From: the human T2T-CHM13v2.0 reference genome, Homo sapiens
Assembly: GCF_009914755.1 (NCBI RefSeq)
Contig: NC_060936.1
Length of the DNA: 64,000 nucleotides
Direction: 5' to 3' (one strand)
Shown here: piece by piece, positions 1 through 15,702 of the stretch
How positions within the stretch are numbered: the stretch's first letter is position 1
Layout of the letters: each line of letters starts with the position of its first letter
Notes under the pieces: generated by a model
What the model was told of the DNA's origin: nothing
What the model saw: the letters and a program-made list of their open reading frames with translations, nothing else
The model's database searches: none
Program-made: the position numbers and the translations under genes

Positions 1-34
1 GAAATATTCTAAGTAACGTATTTTTCTGTATACT

Positions 35-780
35 TGGTATGGATGGCAGGCAGTAGTGGCCCATCTGGAGCAGTTGCTGCAGTGATGCTGGTTGCAGCGG
101 GGGAGGCATGGCCAGGGCAGCTACCCAGCCGCAGCTGCCGACTCAGGCATTCCTGTGCTCTCAGGGGCCCGGGAAGCCCCCTGTACCCCTGCAGGCTCAG
201 AAATGCCTGCTCCCACTGCCTGGCCTCTCCCCGCTCCCAGTGCCTGTTCCGATTTCGGAGCAAATTTGGGGCCAAGCCTAGGTGCTGTTGCAAACCGGCA
301 GGGTGTGCACACACTTGGGGCAGCGCTGATATGCCAGCCCCCTGGTGTCTCAGCCCCTTCCAGACTTTGGTGCCAGTGAGCATGGGAGGGAAGCCAAGGG
401 GTTGCTGAGGGTGGCTTGGTGTGGGCCTGCATGTTCCCCAGTGCCAGCAGTGGAAGCCACTTGCAGTACGCTTGCTCCAGCCACAGCTTTGCAGGGAGCC
501 GGTGCCCATGCTGGTGCGTAGAAATGCTCCCATTGCTGTAGCCAGCATGCCTGGCTGTGCGCGTGACCCGGACCCTGTGCTCGCTCATTCACGTACCCCT
601 TGCTGCTCCAGGCTCGCCTTTGGCAGGCCTGGGATCTGGGCTGGTAGCACAAACCAAGCGCAGCCTGCCAGGCCGAATGGGCAGAATGAGCCCAGCAGGC
701 CCAAGCAGAACTCAGGCAAAGGAGCCACTGGCCACAAAGGTGTCCAGCTGACAAAGCAACACCCCAAGGATCCTTTGACA
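35..780 (+). mobile_element. MER52-family ERV1 solo LTR, internally deleted
   Basis: GC-rich block matching recalled MER52 segments (gcccgggaagcccc, ccgatttcggagcaaa; 3' end caccccaaggatcctttgaCA). Confidence 0.75.
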
Positions 781-1564
781 GAATAATTTACTTCAGTAGC
801 ACATACTGACAACAATTTAACTTTACACACGTGGGATATGATACTTTCGGAAATCCTCCTTTTGCTTGTTTCAGATTTTCTCTTTCATTTCATTCTCAGG
901 TAATTGGGTACCATTTCCTGGATATTTTGTTGGTGTATCAATTCTCTTCCTAATCCTCTGTAGTCACTATTTTTAATCTTTCTAGGCTAAAAATATATAT
1001 AAGCCTGGTTGTAAGTCTTGTGTCTAAAATATCTATGGGAAAAGTACATGAGTTCTCTACACAGTTCTTTCTCACTGCAGTCAGTCCTTGACCCTTTCCT
1101 TCACTTCCTGGAAATGACAGTCTGGGGCTTATCTCAAATATAAGAGCACTTCCTGGGGCATCCAGACAATTTTTTTTTCTTTGGATTCTGTCCACCTGAC
1201 CTTTACTCTTTGTTATCCTAATGAATTTCAATTCCTTTCTATATCTAATAAGATGATAATAAGAATCATAATAATATGCATTGACAAAGAATAAGCTAAC
1301 ATTGAATAATAGCTTAATAAACGTTAGCTTTCATTCTAATTGTTATTAAAGAGAAACAGACACATGGGTGAAAAGGCTGCCTGGTGACTGGCATACAGTA
1401 CGTTCTTAGGATGTTATTCATGTCTGACTTTTCTGCTCTGAGGCAGTCATCTCACCCACCATAGCATGAGTTGTCATGGGGGCTTAGAGGCTTCTGTGTC
1501 TGTTTCCAGTCTCCATTGAAAGGAAAACTTAGGAACTAATTGTCATGCAGAGGGGTGTTCAGTA

Positions 1565-3166
1565 CAAGGGGTCTTGAAAAAGTTCATGGAAAATGCATGT
1601 TATGAAAAAACTATGCGTAGATTTCAAAGCTTTTTTTGCAACAAAATAAACCCATAGTAACTTGTTATAACATGTCTGAACAGTATCTGGTTTGGGGCAC
1701 TAAGAAGGATAAGACATCAGTTTGAGGCCAGGCACAGTGGCTCATACCTCTAATACCAGCACTTTGGGAAGTTGAGACAGGAAGATGGCTTGAGCTTAGG
1801 AGTTCAAGACCAACCTGGGTAACATACAGAGACCTCCCTGTCTCTACAAAAAATTTAAAAATTAGCTGGGCATGGTAGCTTGCACCTGTACTCCTAGCTA
1901 CTTGAGAGGAGGAGGATCCTAGCTACTGAGGCAGGAGGATCTCTTGAGCCAAAGAGTTCCAAGGCTGCATTGAGGTATGACCATGCCACCCAGCCTGGGT
2001 GACAGAGTGAGACCCTGTCTCAGAAAAATAAATAAATAAAAAATAAAGACATCAGGTTGAAAAGAGCCCCTATCAAAGCAACATGAATTCTGTTAAAATT
2101 GAAGCAAGAACAAACATCAAACTTACGGTGAAGTTTGGATGCAAAAATGATAAAATCATTGACACTTCATGAAAAGTTAATGGAGACAATGCCACAAAGA
2201 AATCAGCAGTTTACAAATGGGTAACTAATTTTAAGAAGGGACAAGACATTGTTGAAGATGAAACCTGCAGCAGCAGACCATCCACATCCTTTTGCTAGGA
2301 AAAAGTTCATCTTTTTCCTGCCCTAATTGAAGAGGACTGACAATGAACAGCAGAAGCAGTAGCCAATACCACAGACATCTCATTGGGGTTCATCTTGCAC
2401 AAGTCTGACCGAAAAATTAAAGTTAAGCAACTTTCCACTCAATGGGTACCAAAAATGTTGCACCCAGATCAGCTGCAGACAAGAGCAGAACTTTTGGTGG
2501 AAATCTTAAATAAGTGGCATCAAGCTTCTAAAGCATTTCTACAATAAATTGTAACAGGAGATGAAACATGGCTTTCCCAGTACGATCCTGAAGACAAAAC
2601 ACAATCAGAGCAATGGTTACCAACAGGTAGAAGTGGTCCAGTCAAAGCAAAAGAGGTCCAGTCAAGAGCAAAGGTCATGGCAGGGGTTTTTTGGGATGCT
2701 CAAGGCAATATGCCTGCTGACTTTCTCGAGGGCCAAAGAACAATAACATCTGCTTATTATGAGATGACTTGGAGAAAACTAGCAAAAGATTTTAGCAGAA
2801 AAACACCCAGGAAAGCTTCTCCAAAGAGTCCTTCTAAACCATGACAATGTTCTTGCTCATTATTCTCATCAAACAAGGGCAATTTTTCGAGAGTTTTGAC
2901 AGAGAATCATTAAGCGTACACCTTACAGTCCTCTGACTTCTTTTTGTTTCCTAATCTTAAAGAATCTATAAAGGACACCCATTTTCTTCAGTTAATAGTG
3001 TAAAAACTACTGCATTGCCATGGTAAAATTATCAAGACCCTCAGTTCTTTAGGATGGATTAAATGGCTGCTATCATTGATTACAAAATTGAACTTGGTAG
3101 AGCTTAGGTTGAAATAAATTTTTTCTTTTAATTCCATTTTTCCACAAACTTTTAAAAGTCTTTTTG
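1565..3166 (+). mobile_element. HSMAR2 mariner DNA transposon, near full length, dead transposase; Alu inserted at 1726-2045
   Basis: 5' TA, degenerate terminal inverted repeats, ATG 2083 (MNSVKIEARTNIK), WVPKML ~2443, IVTGDETW ~2548, HDN 2840, PYSP 2921; early stop at 2170. Confidence 0.9.
1726..2045 (+). mobile_element. AluJ-like inserted in HSMAR2
   Basis: Alu dimer with 15-bp TSD aagacatcag(t/g)ttga at 1711-1725 and 2046-2060. Confidence 0.9.
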
Positions 3167-3194
3167 TGTCAGTCATGTTTTTAAAAGAATTTGG

Positions 3195-3725
3195 TTGCTA
3201 TATGACCCACTAGTTCTACTCCAAGTTTTTATAACTCAAGAAAATTGAAAACATGTGTCTGCACAAAAACTTGCACATCTTTGTCCATAACAGCATTATT
3301 CATAATAGCCAAAAAATTTGAGACAACCTAAATGTCCATTAACTGAATAGGTAAACAAAATGTGGTATGTTCATGCAATGAAATAGTATATGTCGAGAAA
3401 AAGGAATAAAAACTTATATATGCTACATGGATTAACCTTAAAATGTTGTGTCAAGTGAAAGATGCCAGTTACAACAGACCATATACAGTATGGTTCTATT
3501 TATATGAAATGTCCAGAAAAAGCAAATGCATAGAGAGAGGATGTAATTGGTGGTTCCCTAAGACTAGCAAGGAATGGAAAATGGATATGAGGTTTCCTTT
3601 TAGAGACATAAAATGTTCTGGAATTGGTGATAGTTGCACAATTTACAACTATCCTAAAAACCATGATTTGTACATTTTAAAAGAGTAAATTTTATGGTAT
3701 GTGAATATCTTCATAATTTAAAAAT
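3195..3725 (+). mobile_element. Old L1 (L1MB-like) 3' fragment
   Basis: L1 3' motifs: cagcattattcataatagccaaaa, caacctaaatgtccat, aacaaaatgtggtat. Confidence 0.75.
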
Positions 3726-3825
3726 GTGTATTTTTACCAGATTAACTATAAAAGTTCTCATTTGTGCTAAACACAAGTACTTCTTTCACGGGTAATATAG
3801 ATAGCTAAATAGAAAACAAGGATGT

Positions 3826-4320
3826 GTCATGTTAGGGTTCAGAGTCTTCTTCAGAGGTCTATTATAAAAGATCACATGACTGCCATCGGAAGGGCAGATC
3901 GGGGTGGGGTGGGGGTGTGGCATATGAAGCGGGAGAGCAGTGGGGAAGCACCAGCGTCAGGAGGCAGAGGAGCAAGCAGAAAACGTGGGCAAGAGCCTTT
4001 ATTGTGGTTTCTGCAGGAAGGAATGGGCAAGACAGAGCACCAGGATTAGGATTGGCTAGTTGGAATAATTTCTTTAGGGGTTAGGGGCTGTTGTCCTGGC
4101 CCTGAGGTGATTGGGGCAGGAGAATAGTGTCCCAGAGAGTAAGTGTTTAATACAGGAGGTGACTGCGGGTGTGAGTTCTGACTTGGTTGGTTTCCACATG
4201 AAAGGCGTGTTACTCTCTCTAGGAATCGGGTAATCCTGGGAGGGGCAGTCCTGTCAGTGTCAACAAGGCCTTAAGATGCCTAAAATCAAAAATACTTAAT
4301 AAAAAGACGTGCTTAATACA
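3826..4320 (-). mobile_element. Probable ERVL-class LTR (MER76-like)
   Basis: TG...CA bounded block with minus-strand AATAAA (tttatt ~3998); family name tentative. Confidence 0.45.
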
Positions 4321-5061
4321 TCATTCTAGGCAACATAACCAGGAGCCAATGTCTTTCCTCTGTCTTTGCCTTTCAGTTGCTAGGATCATTTTCCTTTCTC
4401 CTCTTCCTCATTAATGTGACAGCCTCTGCAGTTAAACTCTGAGCTCTGGGTCTAACCAATTGCCTCGGCCTAATTTTCACTTCTGGGAGTTGTTTTGGAA
4501 AGAGGTTTCTGTTGAATATCTTGAGGCAGAGCTGAATTAAACAGCTCTTTGGAGTCCAGGTGGCAAAGAACCTTGGGGAAAGTGGCAGTCAGTGACTGAG
4601 GAAAAGACCCCTCCTGTTCCAGTTACTTTAAGCCATCAAACATATGCCGTTGCCTCCCAGGAGAATGAGGTCACATGGCAGGAATTTTAGGAGAGCCACA
4701 TTTATTCTTTGAAGACCATCTTAGAAACATTTCCAGTGTCATGTTGGTTCTTTTCATCCACCCTCTCCAGTGCTGTGCTTGTCACAGAATCTTGCCTTGC
4801 CAGTGCACATTTATTCCCATGGAACCTCTTGTTCTTTTACTTGTAGAAACTTCAGAAGCACCATTTTTATTTTCTTTTCTCTCTAGAAAGGTAATGAGGG
4901 CTAGTTTTCTGTTTCCTACACTTGAGATAATACATTTGTCTGGAAAACCAAACTGTATTTAGAATCTGCTATCTGCTTTTAAATGATCTTCATGTGTTTG
5001 CATATTTTCATGCCTCCATACCATACTTTTTCATTGTTTTTTATGTTAATGTAGGATGCTG

Positions 5062-5438
5062 TTTAATGTAAGCCATTTCATGTTGCTATCACAGAACACC
5101 TGAGACTGGCTAATTTATAAAGAACAGGGGTTTATTTTCTGCAGTTCTGGAGGCTGGGAAGTCCAAGATTGCGGGGCTGGCATCTGGTGAGGGCCTTCTT
5201 ACTGCATCATAACATGCAGAAGGCAGGCATCACATGGTGAGAGAGAGAGAGAGAGCAAGAAATCCACCTCATGGCCTCAAGCCCTTTTATAATCAGCATT
5301 AATCCATTCCTGGATTAATTCATAGATTATTGGGGTCTTCATGACCCAAACACTTACCATTAAGCCCCATCTCCCAACACTTCTGCATTAGGGATTAAGT
5401 TTCCAACACACGCTTTTTACACATTCAAACCATGGCAG
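5062..5438 (-). mobile_element. MaLR LTR (MST/MLT1A-like)
   Basis: gttctggaggctgggaagtccaagat ... ggattaagtttccaaca ... cattcaaaccatggCA. Confidence 0.75.
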
Positions 5439-6804
5439 CTACTCTTGAAATAAACTGTCTGACATCCAAAAGTTAAAAAATAAAATAAAATCACCAAATT
5501 ATCCCACAAAACAACCAAGACTTTTTATTCTTGGCTCTTTGGAGTTTTCTGTTCCTTATTTCCTTGGAATTTGATAGATGCAGATAATTTTTCCCTTATT
5601 TAATCTTTGAACACAGAACGAGCACTAGAAATTTTCTCCACCAGTATCCTATTACCTTTGAAAACAAACATTAATGAAATTGTCACTGGTGAGAAAACAA
5701 ATTGAATTATTTCAGTCAAATATATTTTTAGAGGCTTGAAATAAATACTTGAACAGTAGAGATCAAGAAAGACCCTCCCTGTGTTTTTAATAATATTGAG
5801 GCTTGTAGTTTTTAATCACAACCTAGGACTTCTAGAAATTGCCTCGCTAGTCTGAGATTGCTTCACCAATCACTACTTCTAAGCTATGGGCATGAAATAA
5901 AAGGGAATCTCCTACCCTGAAAGGGAAAGTCAATGTTCTTCATGCCATAGTTGCTATAACTTCTTTTTTCAGTATCTGGGGAAACCCAAAGAGAAGTAAT
6001 TATTTGTGAAAGGTGGTGGTGGCTTTTGCTACAGGAACAAGGTTCATGGAGGGAACAGGGCTAGCTACTTGGTTTCTTCCTATATATGACATAATCTTCT
6101 TTGTAAGCAATGTTTTCTATCGTGCGGGAGCTCCCACCTTCACCTATGCGAAGAGGAAAAGGATATTTATTGACTAGCATCATATTGTGATCAGAACTAT
6201 TTTAAGATTCATATAGGATTTTTGACAGTTTAGAATGTGAAGTCCCATTTAGGGAGAATATAATAGAGGGGATGTAGTCCTGAAAGCATGAAAGGGAAGG
6301 AGAAACATACACATTTATAAGATAATCTGTCATGTGAGCGTAACTACAAATGGCAAATGCTAAGAACCTTCATATTCATGGACTTATTTCTATAAAACAG
6401 CATGAGTGCTGAACTTATAAAGCCAACTTGAGGACAAGTATCGGATAACTCACAAATTTTATGCCATACCATTACATTTGTCACTCAGTTTGCAGGAACA
6501 ATTTGGTTATTGTTGGTGGCTGGAATGTGTGACCTCTGTCCCTTGTGCTGGTGGCTCTGTAGCTCCTGCAACATTCACAGCTTCAACCAAATATCCTCCT
6601 GAGAAGTCCTTGATAGAAGAGGGAAAGAAGTGTTAACAGGAAAAACTTAGCAAGCAAGCTGTGGCCTTAATCAGACGATGATATGGATGGTGATAAAAAC
6701 CTTTTGGAGCTTTTTTTCACGTGTTCTAATGAGATTTGAACTAATAAATAGGCTATTTTTTAAAAGCTTAACATTAAACAGTCTGGTTTAAAAAAAAAAT
6801 TGCT

Positions 6805-7205
6805 GACCAGATGCTATGTCTCACACTATAATCCCAGCACTTCGGGAGGCTGAGGTGAGAGTATTATTTGAGACCAGGAGTTAAAGACCAGGCTGGGCAA
6901 CATAGCTAGACCCTGTATCTACAAAAAAAATTTTTTAATTGAGGCCGGGCATGGTGGTTCACGCCTGTAATCCCAGGACTTTGGGAGGCCAAGGCAGGAG
7001 GATTGCTTGAGTTCAGGAGTTCAAGACCAGCCTGGGCAACATAGCAAGACCTCATCTCTACTAAGAAAAACTAGCTGGGTATGGTGGTGTGTTTCTATAG
7101 TCCCACCTACTCAGAAGGCTGAGGCAGAAGGATGACTTGAACCCAGAAGTTAAAGACTGCAGTGAGTCCTGTAGCCTGGGTGATAGAGTGAGACCCTCTC
7201 TCAGA
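6805..7205 (+). mobile_element. Alu left monomer followed by AluJ-like element
   Basis: Alu consensus at 6805-6930 and 6943-7205. Confidence 0.85.
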
Positions 7206-7600
7206 TATAATCATAATTGCTAAATATTACTATCTTCTAACACCTTGTTTTAGACTTGCCCTCTAAGATACATCAATGAGAAATTCTTGTGTTTAAGAAC
7301 TTACAAAGTTAAGAAATTAAGCTCCTGGTATATCAAAGGTCCTTAGTAATTTGTTGTGAATTTATTGAACTAATTTACTTAGTGCAGTAGTACAAAATTA
7401 TTAATTTACATAAATATCAATAAAATATGTATAAGCCATGAATGGGAAATATATTTTTCAAAATGTAGGAATATGATTTTTTATACAAGCATAAACCTCA
7501 GTGTTTTAGTAAATAATTTTTCTCATGCAGGAAGTACTGTGTTGTCTAGAAATTACTTAGAATTTTTGTCTAGGGCTACCTTTAAAATTGATCTGTTTCC

Positions 7601-8125
<525 letters not shown>

Positions 8126-8766
8126 TAAGGGAACCATTTCTATCACACTGCTTTCCAAAATCAGGCAACAGAATGAATCATTAAAATAGAATGGCTCTGA
8201 GGGTTTTTCTCAAGTGAATGCTGCATATCTCTGGAACTCTGGTTGGATGTAAATGCAGAGCTGTAGGTTCTTGAAAAGCAGGAGTCATGTCTCCCCTCTC
8301 TTGATTCCTCCATAGTGCCTAGGACAGTGGTTTGTAGACAATAAGCATTCAGTAAATTGATTAACTCTTCAGAAATACAGGGTACTCAGAGGATGAAATT
8401 ATTGCCATCAAGTCTTGACTTACAGTAAAAGGTTCTCTCCTAATCCTATGTTCACTCCTCCTTTTGGTCCACAAATGTTTATTGATGCTTATTATTCCAT
8501 GCTAATCTCTGAGTCTTTCAGATACTCTACATTTTAGGGCCTTAGGGGCAATCAAATGAAAAGAAATGTTCATAAGAGGCAAGGTGGTAAGGGTAAAACT
8601 ACCGCCACCATAGTTGCAGGATACATGAAGGGAGCCATTAGGGGCTCAGGTGGCCTCTGGCAACCAGGACTTCTAGAAGGTATGGCTCTTCTTATATTTT
8701 TATTTATTGATTGGGAGAGAAAGGTTTGGAGTTCTGGCTAACATTCCCCTAGCCATAACCATTTTT

Positions 8767-9230
<464 letters not shown>

Positions 9231-9337
9231 TAAAAATCCATGAGAACGACTGCAGTTGATCATAGCTACCTCACGCATGAACCCCTGGAATACAGAGTGC
9301 TGTCAGGTTTTGAAATACCTGCTTTAGAAAACAGTCA

Positions 9338-9562
<225 letters not shown>

Positions 9563-10103
9563 AGTCATCCATTTATTGTTCTAATGCATGGCCTGGTAAA
9601 AATTTGGATGCTTCAGGAGGTCACAGAGCAGAGGGTGAAGAACCAATCCTAGCTGTAGTGGTGTCAATATCCCAGAATCCACGGAGACTCAGAATGTTTT
9701 TCTGCTCCTTTCCATCATTAGCTTATGTTTCTGGCTGCTCAGGTGAATTTACCCTGGATATTCATACTTAGTAACTGCCTAAAAGCTGAAATTTCAGATT
9801 TTAAAAAGAGAAATCATTTTAACAGGAATCTGTGCCCAGGGAGTCCAAGAATTGGTGAATTTACAGTTTTGGAATGTGGGCAGGCTGGGAAAGTTTGAAG
9901 AAACAGCCAGTTATTTGCTTTTCCACAGAGAATATATACTGAACTTCCTTTTCCTTAGGGAGCAGGTAGCATTTGAAACTTGCCTTTGAGTGTCATTGTT
10001 TCCCTACCTCATGGTGGGTTTGGGCCCTAGCCCCTCAAACCCAAGGGCAGAATATATGATGCTCTGCTGAAGGCTCTTGACTGAGTCCTCACTCAGTGGT
10101 TGA

Positions 10104-10433
<330 letters not shown>

Positions 10434-10851
10434 CATCAGTAGTTCTGATCATCATAGTTTTCATTGCAGAAAGAATGAAGGCGTTGCTAACTCTGAAACT
10501 TCAGCACACTTCCATCTGCAAACCCAAGACACGTGTCTAACTACAGGGTAGATATTTCTCAGGTTTCTTAGTTTGCCTGAATGGATACTTTCAGTCCTCC
10601 TTTAGCCAGTTGGGCTATTTTCTCATCAAGATGGGGCTAATTGGTGAGGAATTTTCTTAAGTACAGGCAATCATCACTTTATAACATATCCAACACGGTA
10701 CTGGATACCTCCCAATTCTTGTTGGAAATATGGTTATTCTGTCTAAAATTTCTTATTTACCTAATCTTATTGCTCTAGTTATATTTATGCTTATATGGTG
10801 ATATTGAAGATCTGAATTAAGTGATTACTTTTGGTATGATCTATCATGCTC

Positions 10852-11153
<302 letters not shown>

Positions 11154-12669
11154 TAAGAATGGGACAAACTGAAGTTCCAAGAAAGTCAGAGTGCCATAGG
11201 AATTATGTGGAATCAAAAAGTGGGTATATATTTGGAGATATTGAAAGATTTTTTATATTTTTGATTCTGAAGCTAACTGGGAAAAAAGGATCCCACTTTT
11301 CTTGCTAAAGTATGAGTCAGCCTCAAGACTGAAGTACATTTGTGCTTCTTCTACTTTCAAAAAGATAAAAAGTATTCTGTTTTATATACAGAATACTATT
11401 ATGGTTGTCTATTGCTAAGTGGAAATAAAAATATAAAGGGGAAAAAAATCTACCATAACTAAAAACTAAAACAAAAAGCTATAAAGACTTGTTGGGTTTC
11501 TCTGCATTTGAAAAGCTAAAAGCAGCTAGCAGATAACTGTGCTTCCAGGGCAACAGAAATGTGGTGGCAAGGCAGAGCAATAAGGAGAGTTTTTTAATTT
11601 AAAAAAAATTTTTTTTTTATTTTGAGAAGCAAGATTGAAGCCCCCAGGTGAACAATAAGCAGAAGCTTCCACTTGGCAGACACAGATTCCAGCAGCATTC
11701 CTGGCACATCATGGTGTTCAATAATCAATTTGCTGGAAAGATAGATCGTGACACACAAACAATCCTTCAGCCAGTCTCATGCATGTTTCATACCTGTAGG
11801 AATCAGGCAGGTGACCTTCAGGCTGGAACTCAACTTAGCCCCTCTACCAAGCACATACAAACAGACAGAGCACACTCTGATCCTCTTCAGAATTTTTCAA
11901 TTTGGAGCTCTTACCCAGTTCAGAGTCCACTAAAGAGGATTTTTCAAATGTGTTATGTGACAGAAGCCAGCAACGTAACCTACCTGCAAGAAAGAGGAAA
12001 TAAAGTTTGCCTTATAGGAAAAAGGAAACCTGACTACAGTCAAAGAAATTTGTTTTCTAAGGATGATTACTAAACACTGGGGTCTATTAATCTGTAAAAC
12101 CTCCTTCCTACAGGCATTTAAAATTTTTATATGCTTTTCTTTATCTAAAATGGGGTTAGGTTTGGTATTGCCTAAAGCCTTCTAAGAACTGGAAAATAAA
12201 TTGTTTATCAAAGGAAATGTTAAATAGCTCCCTAAGGCTTTAGGGAGATATTTTAGATTCTCAAAGATAATTATTATCTCTTCTAAGATGGGCTGTGAAT
12301 AGTAGCCTTTAGTAGCCTTCATGTGTTTTAGAAAACTGGAAGATTAGCTGTTGTATATTCAGTGTAATGCTATAGATACAGTTACCTGATATATCTAACT
12401 GAATGATGGTTATTAAACAGTATATAAATGGAAGCTAAACCTAACTAACCCCATCAAATTTTATGTGTACCAAAGTCAGTGGATAGTCTGAACCTCTACT
12501 TAAGAAGAATTTTATTTGTTTAATTGCCAGAGATTAATTTTTGTTATAATTCCTTCCATAACATCCCTGAATTTTCCAGAAAGTTGGAACAACAGGAAAG
12601 CATAGTTTTATTCACCCAGTGTGAATCATTAATATTATTTACATTCACTTTAATTTTGTTTTATTTTAG

Positions 12670-12700
12670 TTCTGCACAAGACAAAGAAGAATGGATCAAG
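12670..12700 (+). CDS. FGD4: FGD4 31-nt coding exon: (S)SAQDKEEWIK, PH1 C-terminal helix
   Basis: ttttAG acceptor, AAG|GTAAGC donor; first T completes the Ser codon from the previous exon; contains the conserved PH-domain Trp. Confidence 0.95.
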
Positions 12701-12704
12701 GTAA

Positions 12705-13022
<318 letters not shown>

Positions 13023-13224
13023 TATTTTCACTTTTGTTTTTTAGTAACATCTCTGTGTATACAAATGTGCATATATTGTTGTGTGTGTTTTAATATGTAG
13101 TAATCAGAACAGGTTCACTTAATTTTCAAAGTGATTCCTATCATAGATATTTGTTTGATAAAGTATATTCATTGGTTTATATGAGAAACTTTAATGTGTG
13201 CTTTGAATTTTACTTATACTTTAG

Positions 13225-13323
<99 letters not shown>

Positions 13324-13518
13324 TGAATTAAATTCTTAACTTCAACCTCTTTCGTATCTTTGCAGGTGTAGAAGATCTGTCTAATCATTTTGTTCTCCAA
13401 CCTTTTCCCTTTACAATGTCAGAACTGGCTGGTTAGACAGAATCTCATTCTTTCTTAGATGAACACAATAGTGAGTGACTTTTCATTCTACTTGAACTTC
13501 TTTGAATTTTTCTTATTC

Positions 13519-13796
13519 TTTTTTTTTTTTTTTTTTTTTAACAGAGTCTTGCTCTGTCACCCAAGCTGGAGTGCAGTGACACAGTCTTGGCTCACTGCAA
13601 ACTCCGCCTCCCGGGTTCAAGCGATTTTCCTGCCTTAGCCTCCCGAGTAGCTGGGATTATACGTGCATGCCACCATGCCCAGCTAATTTTTGTATTTTTA
13701 GTAGAGAGAGGGTTTCACCATGTTGGCCAGACTGGTCTTGAACTACTGACTTCAGGTGATCCGCCTGCCTCAGCTTCCGAAAGTGCTGGGATTATA
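13519..13796 (-). mobile_element. AluS (antisense, intronic)
   Basis: Poly-T then reverse Alu consensus. Confidence 0.88.
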
Positions 13797-13903
13797 GTTC
13801 AGAACATGGTTTGAGCAATGTAGTTAAAGTTCTTTCAAAAAATAATAATAAAAGGGAATTATAGTTTTTTTCTATTAAAATTGAATCTTTCTTCCCTTTT
13901 TAG

Positions 13904-14044
<141 letters not shown>

Positions 14045-14114
14045 TGATCATTAAGGTTGCTAGTAACTATATAAGTGATGTAAAGTCATCAACTAGGGAC
14101 ACACAAAAAAATGA

Positions 14115-14410
14115 CTTTCAACAAATCACTTAATAAATTTATTTTGGTGCCAATTACGTGCAGAGGACTGTGCTGAGCCCTGGAGAAAAAACGTTAGACA
14201 AAATGTTCCCTGGCTTTACAGAGCTTACATTGTAATGGGGAAGACAGACAAATAAGAATTTCAAATTACTATAGATGAAATAAAAAAGCAATTGAGAAGT
14301 TAAAAATGGACAGTATTAGTAACAGAGGAAGATTTGGAACCAATTTTGGTTAGAAAAAGAGACCTATCTGAGGGGTTGGTATTTAAGTTGATGCTTAAAA
14401 GATTGAGAAA
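14115..14410. mobile_element. L2 fragment
   Basis: ttcaacaaat...ttatt...gtgcagaggactgtgct...gagcttacattgtaatggggaagacagaca pattern. Confidence 0.55.
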
Positions 14411-14412
14411 GG

Positions 14413-14730
<318 letters not shown>

Positions 14731-15087
14731 CTAATAATCAATAGAGACAGGGAAAAACTTCAGACAGTGAAAGTCTATATGCAAAGACCCTGAGGTAAGA
14801 AGGAACTTGGTCTCTTCATGAGACTGCCAAAGATCATGAGGCTGGAGCATGATGAGTAAGAGGAGGAACGTTAGATAAATAATGGCCAAGGGATATCTAT
14901 GAGAAACAAGAATAGATGGAACCCACAGTACAAGTAGATGTTCTGGCTTTGATGGGGAGAGGAAAGCTTCCTCCATTATATCAGAGAGGAAGAAGAAAAA
15001 GATGGGTATAAATGTGGGTAAGTTGGCGTTTTTGTTGTTCTGGTGGTGAGAAATGAGGGAGTTTAGGTGCAATATCTATTTATTTGG

Positions 15088-15702
<615 letters not shown>

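Noticed and set aside
9-830. Stack of overlapping ORFs up to 179 aa on both strands
   Set aside because: All lie in the GC-rich MER52 LTR, where stops are rare; no recognisable protein
2083-3100. Possible domesticated mariner transposase
   Set aside because: Stop at codon 30, more stops and frameshifts, damaged YSPDLAP motif
11648-12073. 141-aa intronic ORF
   Set aside because: GTG start, no recognisable domain, no convincing splice sites linking it to FGD4
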